Below, one piece after another: positions 7,630 through 11,521 of a stretch of 11,521 nt of DNA. Below the pieces are notes generated by a model. That model had not been told where the DNA came from. It did not search any database and saw only the letters and a program-made list of their open reading frames with translations. The stretch is from Candidatus Bathyarchaeia archaeon (GTDB taxonomy: Archaea; Thermoproteota; Bathyarchaeia; Bathyarchaeales; Bathycorpusculaceae). Location: assembly GCA_038882655.1 (NCBI GenBank), contig JAVZNT010000022.1, positions 1 to 11,521 on the forward strand. Reading direction: 5' to 3'. Within the stretch, counting starts at the first letter, position 1. Each line of letters begins with the position of its first letter. The translations under genes were made by a program, and so were the position numbers.

Positions 7630-9080
7630 AAGAAATAATCATAGACCCAATAACAAGGCTTGAGGGTCACGGTAAAATAGCCATATTCCTAAACGATGCT
7701 GGCGAGGTGGAAAACGCCTACCTGCAGATTCCAGAGCTTCGTGGCTTCGAGAAATTCTGTATTGGGCGCAAAGCCGAGGATATGCCGCTTTTAACCAGCA
7801 GAATTTGCGGCGTTTGTCCAGTGGCGCATCACATGGCTGGAACAAAAGCTTTGGATGCCGCCTTCAACGTGGAGCCGCCATCGGCAGCTAAAAAGCTTCG
7901 GGAACTAATGTACTGTGGCTACTACATTTACGACCACACACTTCACTTCTATTATTTGGGCGGACCAGACTTTGTTGTTGGTCCAGATGCACCGCCAGAG
8001 AAGCGTAATATTCTTGGGGTTATTGAGAAGGCTGGCCTGGATGTTGCTAAGGAAGTAATTAAGCATAGGGCTTATGGACAGAGGATAGTTGAGCTGATAG
8101 GCGGAAAAGCTACTCACCCAGTCTGCGGGTTGCCGGGCGGAGTATCTAAGCCTTTGAGCGAGGAGAACCGGCAGGAAATTGAGAAGATGGTGACTTCTGC
8201 TGTTGAGTTTGCAAAGTTTTCTTTGAAGCTTTTCCATGATATTGTTTTGAAGAACACCAAATATGTTGAGCTGATTAAGAGCGACGCCTACACCTTGCGC
8301 ACTTACTATATGGGTTTGGTGGACGAGCACAACAAAGTTAACTTTTACGATGGAAGAATACGGGTTGTAGACCTCAACGGCAAAGAATTTGCAAAGTTTG
8401 AGGCTAAGGACTATTTGGAGCACATCGCCGAGCATGTGGAGCCATGGACCTACGTGAAACAGCCATACTTAAAGAAGGTTGGCTGGAAAGGCTTTGTCGA
8501 CGGTCCTGAAAGCGGGGCTTACCGCGTCGGTCCGCTGGGAAGACTTAACGCTGCTGACGGAATGGCAACACCACTAGCCCAAGCTGAATACGAGTTCATG
8601 TATAAGACCTTGGGCGGGAAGCCAGTGCATTCTACGTTGGCTTATCATTGGGCTAGGCTTATTGAGTTGTTGTATGCAGCTGAAAGGGCTGTTGAGCTGG
8701 TCAAAGACCCAGAAATAACAAGCACGAATGTAAGGAACAAGCCTGGCAAGCCTGGCGAAGGCGTGGGCGTCGTCGAAGCTGCTAGGGGTACGCTGATTCA
8801 CCATTATGTCTTGGACGAGAACGCCTTAATCAAGGATGTCAACTTGATTGTGGCTACTGTTAACAATGCGCCTTCGATTAATATGTCTGTTCGAAATGCG
8901 GCTAAGGGCTTTATTCACGGAGGCAAAGTTGACCATGGCTTGCTTAACATGGTGGAGATGGCTTTTAGGGCTTATGACCCATGCTTTGGATGCGCAACCC
9001 ACTTTGCTGTTGGACAACTGCCACTGACCGTGGAAATCTATAACAGCGAAGGAAAGCTCATTAAAAAAGTGCAAAGATAA
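7626..9080 (+). CDS. mvhA: Group 3c [NiFe]-hydrogenase large subunit
   Basis: [20 protein letters not shown]1 motif [19 protein letters not shown], and L2 motif [12 protein letters not shown] followed by a 25-aa cleavable C-terminal extension. All four Ni ligands are Cys codons, so there is no Sec. The mvhD-hdr context supports group 3c. Confidence 0.96.
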   Translation: MKEIIIDPITRLEGHGKIAIFLNDAGEVENAYLQIPELRGFEKFCIGRKAEDMPLLTSRICGVCPVAHHMAGTKALDAAFNVEPPSAAKKLRELMYCGYYIYDHTLHFYYLGGPDFVVGPDAPPEKRNILGVIEKAGLDVAKEVIKHRAYGQRIVELIGGKATHPVCGLPGGVSKPLSEENRQEIEKMVTSAVEFAKFSLKLFHDIVLKNTKYVELIKSDAYTLRTYYMGLVDEHNKVNFYDGRIRVVDLNGKEFAKFEAKDYLEHIAEHVEPWTYVKQPYLKKVGWKGFVDGPESGAYRVGPLGRLNAADGMATPLAQAEYEFMYKTLGGKPVHSTLAYHWARLIELLYAAERAVELVKDPEITSTNVRNKPGKPGEGVGVVEAARGTLIHHYVLDENALIKDVNLIVATVNNAPSINMSVRNAAKGFIHGGKVDHGLLNMVEMAFRAYDPCFGCATHFAVGQLPLTVEIYNSEGKLIKKVQR

Positions 9081-9082
9081 AG

Positions 9083-9105
9083 CCTTCCTTTTCCCTTTTA
9101 TTTTT
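9083..9105 (+). terminator. Putative archaeal-type pyrimidine/oligo-T terminator after mvhA
   Basis: CCTTCCTTTTCCCTTTTATTTTT starts 2 nt after the mvhA stop, in the only + strand intergenic gap longer than about a dozen nt. Confidence 0.5.
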
Positions 9106-9117
9106 GGAGAAAAGCCT

Positions 9118-9639
9118 TTGGCGCTGGAAGGTTCTTTCGAGAAGAAGTTGAGGGATTGGTTTTCCGGCGCTGAGAGGGTCGTTGTTGCTGGTATTGGTAG
9201 CCCTATTCGTATGGACGATTTTGTCGGTGTGAAGGTTGTCCGCGACTTGCAGGGTAAAGTTTCTGATAAGGTTTTGCTGATCGAATGTGAGACTGTTCCC
9301 GAAAGTTATCTTCAGCAGATAGCTGACTTTAAGCCGACACATGTCCTGCTTATTGACGCTGCTGTTATGGGCTTGGAGCCAGGCGAGTGTAGGCTTGTTA
9401 AGCCAGAGCACCTTCAAGTTTTCCCAGCCATTTCAACCCATATGCTTCCGCTGCGGGTGTTCTGTGACTACCTTGCCAAAACGGTGGGCGCAAAGATAGC
9501 TCTACTATTAATAGAGCCTAAAAACACGGATTTTGGTGAAGGCTTATCCCCGGAAATTGGCGAGGTTGAACAGAGGATTGTGAATTTTTTGCTGAAAATT
9601 CTTCCGTTAAACGGCAAACTTGTTGACGATATAATATAA
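9118..9639 (+). CDS. hycI: Hydrogenase maturation endopeptidase, HycI-like
   Basis: AGIGSPIRMDDFVG (variant of GxGNxxxxDDxxG), ECETVPES, LLIDAA, STHMLPL, FGEGLSPEI. TTG start with GGAG at 9106-9109, adjacent to mvhA. Confidence 0.9.
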   Translation: MALEGSFEKKLRDWFSGAERVVVAGIGSPIRMDDFVGVKVVRDLQGKVSDKVLLIECETVPESYLQQIADFKPTHVLLIDAAVMGLEPGECRLVKPEHLQVFPAISTHMLPLRVFCDYLAKTVGAKIALLLIEPKNTDFGEGLSPEIGEVEQRIVNFLLKILPLNGKLVDDII

Positions 9640-9657
9640 ATAAAAAGATGGGTGGAT
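9631..9657 (-). terminator. Putative oligo-T terminator of the aor-ferredoxin transcript
   Basis: The minus strand immediately after the ferredoxin stop reads ATCCACCCATCTTTTTATTTATATTAT, a C-rich then T-rich layout like the tract after mvhA. Confidence 0.45.
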
Positions 9658-10167
9658 TTAGGTCGGCGGTGCCACTTTTAGGGCTTCTTGGAAAAGCTTC
9701 TTTGTTGCCGTTATGCGAGCCTTCTGTGCCAGAACATCAGCTGTGACAAGGTCTAAGGCTTCTTCTGGGCACCACTTGACGCATTGTGGTCCGTCTGGCT
9801 TGTCCTTGCACAAGTCACAGATAAAAACTACCTTCTTTTCCGGATGGAGTGAAACCGCTCCATAGTCGCAAGCTTCAATGCACCATCCGCAGCCGTTGCA
9901 CTTGTCCTCATCCACAATTATTGTGCCATTCTCATCCGACTGGGTTAGGGCATCTCTTGGACAGGCGGCAACGCAAGGCGGGTCCTCGCAAAGCCTACAC
10001 GTAATAGAAATGTTAACGAGCGGGTTAAGCCTAACAACCCTGATCCTTGATTTTAAAGGATTAAAAGTCTTCTCCTTATTCCATGCGCATATGTATTCAC
10101 AGACTTGGCAGCCAACACACTTGTCTGGGTCGGCTGAAACGAATTTTCTTTCATGAATCTTAACCAT
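9658..10167 (-). CDS. 4x[4Fe-4S] electron-transfer protein (DmsB/CooF/HydN family), probable AOR small subunit
   Basis: 16 Cys in four groups: CVGCQVCEYIC, CRLCEDPPCVAAC, CNGCGWCIEAC, CDLC...PQCVKWC. Also SRIRV. It lies 14 nt downstream of aor with a strong RBS. Confidence 0.92.
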   Translation of the reverse strand: MVKIHERKFVSADPDKCVGCQVCEYICAWNKEKTFNPLKSRIRVVRLNPLVNISITCRLCEDPPCVAACPRDALTQSDENGTIIVDEDKCNGCGWCIEACDYGAVSLHPEKKVVFICDLCKDKPDGPQCVKWCPEEALDLVTADVLAQKARITATKKLFQEALKVAPPT

Positions 10168-10170
10168 TCA

Positions 10171-10181
10171 TCACGCCTCCT
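10171..10181 (-). promoter_or_regulatory. Shine-Dalgarno AGGAGGCGTGA for the ferredoxin-like gene
   Basis: The minus strand reads TAG-AGGAGGCGTGATGA-ATG between the aor stop and ATG 10167. Confidence 0.75.
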
Positions 10182-11521
10182 CTAAGCTTTTTGGACCTTT
10201 GCCTCCACAATTTGGATTAGGTCATCCATGCCCAACTGCTTAAGTTTCTCAAGTGTTGGTATGCCATCCCTAGTCCATCCCCGCGCTTCATAATAGTCGT
10301 CTAACATCATTTCCAGCTCCTCTTGGGTAACAAAAGCGCCCTTGGATGGGCCCTCATCCGGAATTGGGCAGTGCATAACCTTATAGGGCAGATGGTCGTC
10401 CTTTCTGCCTAAGCCCTCTCGTACGTTTATGATTCTTGCAAGATTGTTTATCCGCTCGCCCTTAACCCGCATGTCTTCTGGTGTTGTTTCAAAGCCTGTC
10501 ACGAGTGTGTAAAGCTTCGCCAAATCCTCAAACTCCTTGTAGTATGTGCCTCTGGAGAACTTGCATATTATCAGCGAATCGATAATAGTGTAGACATCTT
10601 CAATATCCTTGACAGCCTTCGCCCTACCCTTCTCGTACTTCAGCCTGTTAAACTTGCCCTTAACGTCAAAGGCGTAGGCTCCATGCCTATTGTGGTCGGC
10701 TCCACGGAAGGAAACAGCAAAGCCCAAAGCCGCCGTTTTAAGGCATCTTAAGTCGTAACCGGTAACCTCAACACCTTTAATATGTAGGGCAAATTTCTCC
10801 GTGCCCTTGCCAATTTTTTCTGCGGCAAACTTGACACCTTCAGCCAGAATGTCGCCTATGCCTTCTCGTTTGCCAATCTTTTCGATAAGCTTCACTAACG
10901 CCTCATGGTTGCCAAAACGGGCTTCGATGCCGTCCATATCTTTAGCGGTTAATATGCCGTTTTCAAAGCAGTCCATGGCGAAACCAACAATTACACCAGC
11001 ACTGATGGAGTCTATGCCGTAATAATTGCAAAGCTCGCTGCCCTTGATAACGGCGTCGAGGCGGTCAACCCCACAATAAGGTCCCATAGCCCATAAAGGC
11101 TCATATTCAACCCTAGCCATAGCCCCTTTATACGGGCCTTCGGTGACAACGCACACGTGCTCGCATCTCATGGCGCATGAGCTGCAGCCAATGATTTTCG
11201 CCACGTACCTCTCGTTCAAGTATTCGCCGCTAACTTTTTCCGCAGCCTCAAAATGGGCGTTATTATAGTTGCGAGTTGGCATGCAGTGCAAGGCGTTATG
11301 CACTAGAACGTTTTCAGGCGTGCCTAGTGTTCGGTACTTCTTTGTGGCTGGGCCCTTCATCCTCTCGTGAAATTCCTTAACAAACTCTAGGAACTCGTCC
11401 GGCTTCGCAACCGTAACATCACGCGTTCCACGGATAGCAACGGCCTTCAAATTCTTTGAACCCATAACAGCCCCAAGCCCACATCTGCCAGCAGCCCTCG
11501 ACTTCTCATTGATTATGCACG
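10182..11521 (-). CDS. aor: Tungstopterin aldehyde:ferredoxin oxidoreductase family protein (5' end outside the window)
   Basis: The frame stays open beyond 11465 to the edge, reading CIINEKSRAAGRCGLGAV-MGSKNLKA, a conserved AOR-family motif. Also the [4Fe-4S] motif CSSCAMRC with the distal DSLIICKF, plus EYE, GIDSIS, REGIGDILAEG, GYDLR, RGADH and YYEARGW...GIP. Confidence 0.93.
   Translation of the reverse strand, partial: CIINEKSRAAGRCGLGAVMGSKNLKAVAIRGTRDVTVAKPDEFLEFVKEFHERMKGPATKKYRTLGTPENVLVHNALHCMPTRNYNNAHFEAAEKVSGEYLNERYVAKIIGCSSCAMRCEHVCVVTEGPYKGAMARVEYEPLWAMGPYCGVDRLDAVIKGSELCNYYGIDSISAGVIVGFAMDCFENGILTAKDMDGIEARFGNHEALVKLIEKIGKREGIGDILAEGVKFAAEKIGKGTEKFALHIKGVEVTGYDLRCLKTAALGFAVSFRGADHNRHGAYAFDVKGKFNRLKYEKGRAKAVKDIEDVYTIIDSLIICKFSRGTYYKEFEDLAKLYTLVTGFETTPEDMRVKGERINNLARIINVREGLGRKDDHLPYKVMHCPIPDEGPSKGAFVTQEELEMMLDDYYEARGWTRDGIPTLEKLKQLGMDDLIQIVEAKVQKA

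Noticed and set aside
7905-8435. 176-aa antisense ORF within mvhA, and the other short overlapping ORFs in the track (e.g. 659-1012, 2731-3090, 9061-9417)
   Set aside because: They are shadows of well-conserved genes and show no recognisable motifs or RBS.
8968-9002. Possible selenocysteine ([NiFeSe]) in MvhA, or Sec in MvhD/HdrA
   Set aside because: All ligand positions are TGT/TGC, and there is no in-frame TGA at any Cys position in these genes.
11463-11465. ATG 11465 as the aor start
   Set aside because: It is the internal Met of the conserved GAVMGSKNLKA motif, and the frame continues to the window edge.
1-11521. CRISPR arrays, tRNA/rRNA, IS elements, inteins, frameshifted pseudogenes
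   Set aside because: Coding density is near-complete, the largest gap is 37 nt, I saw no spaced repeats or transposase/intein motifs, and all genes read through intact.

Overview
Gene-dense archaeal energy-metabolism locus. GGAGG/AGGTGA ribosome-binding sites, T-rich terminator-like tracts and gene content point to an anaerobic archaeon; Bathyarchaeia is my inference and cannot be proven from this window. The + strand (1-9639) is a translationally coupled operon. In order it holds the 3' part of a GltD/NfnB-type NAD(P)H-flavoprotein ending in an HdrA-type ferredoxin C-terminus, a divergent MvhD fused to a winged helix-turn-helix, a 1010-aa tandem (two-FAD) HdrA, canonical MvhD, HdrC, HdrB, the group 3c [NiFe]-hydrogenase MvhG/MvhA and a HycI-type maturation protease. 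The convergent - strand (9658-11521) holds an AOR-family tungstopterin oxidoreductase, truncated by the window edge, and its 4x[4Fe-4S] partner. The most interesting points are the MvhD-wHTH fusion (a candidate Fe-S redox-sensing regulator), two parallel HdrA-like/MvhD modules (NAD(P)H and H2 inputs) in one operon, the asymmetric complementary halves of the tandem HdrA, and a patchy A/C-versus-G/T switch at synonymous codon positions. I saw no RNA genes, CRISPR arrays or mobile elements.
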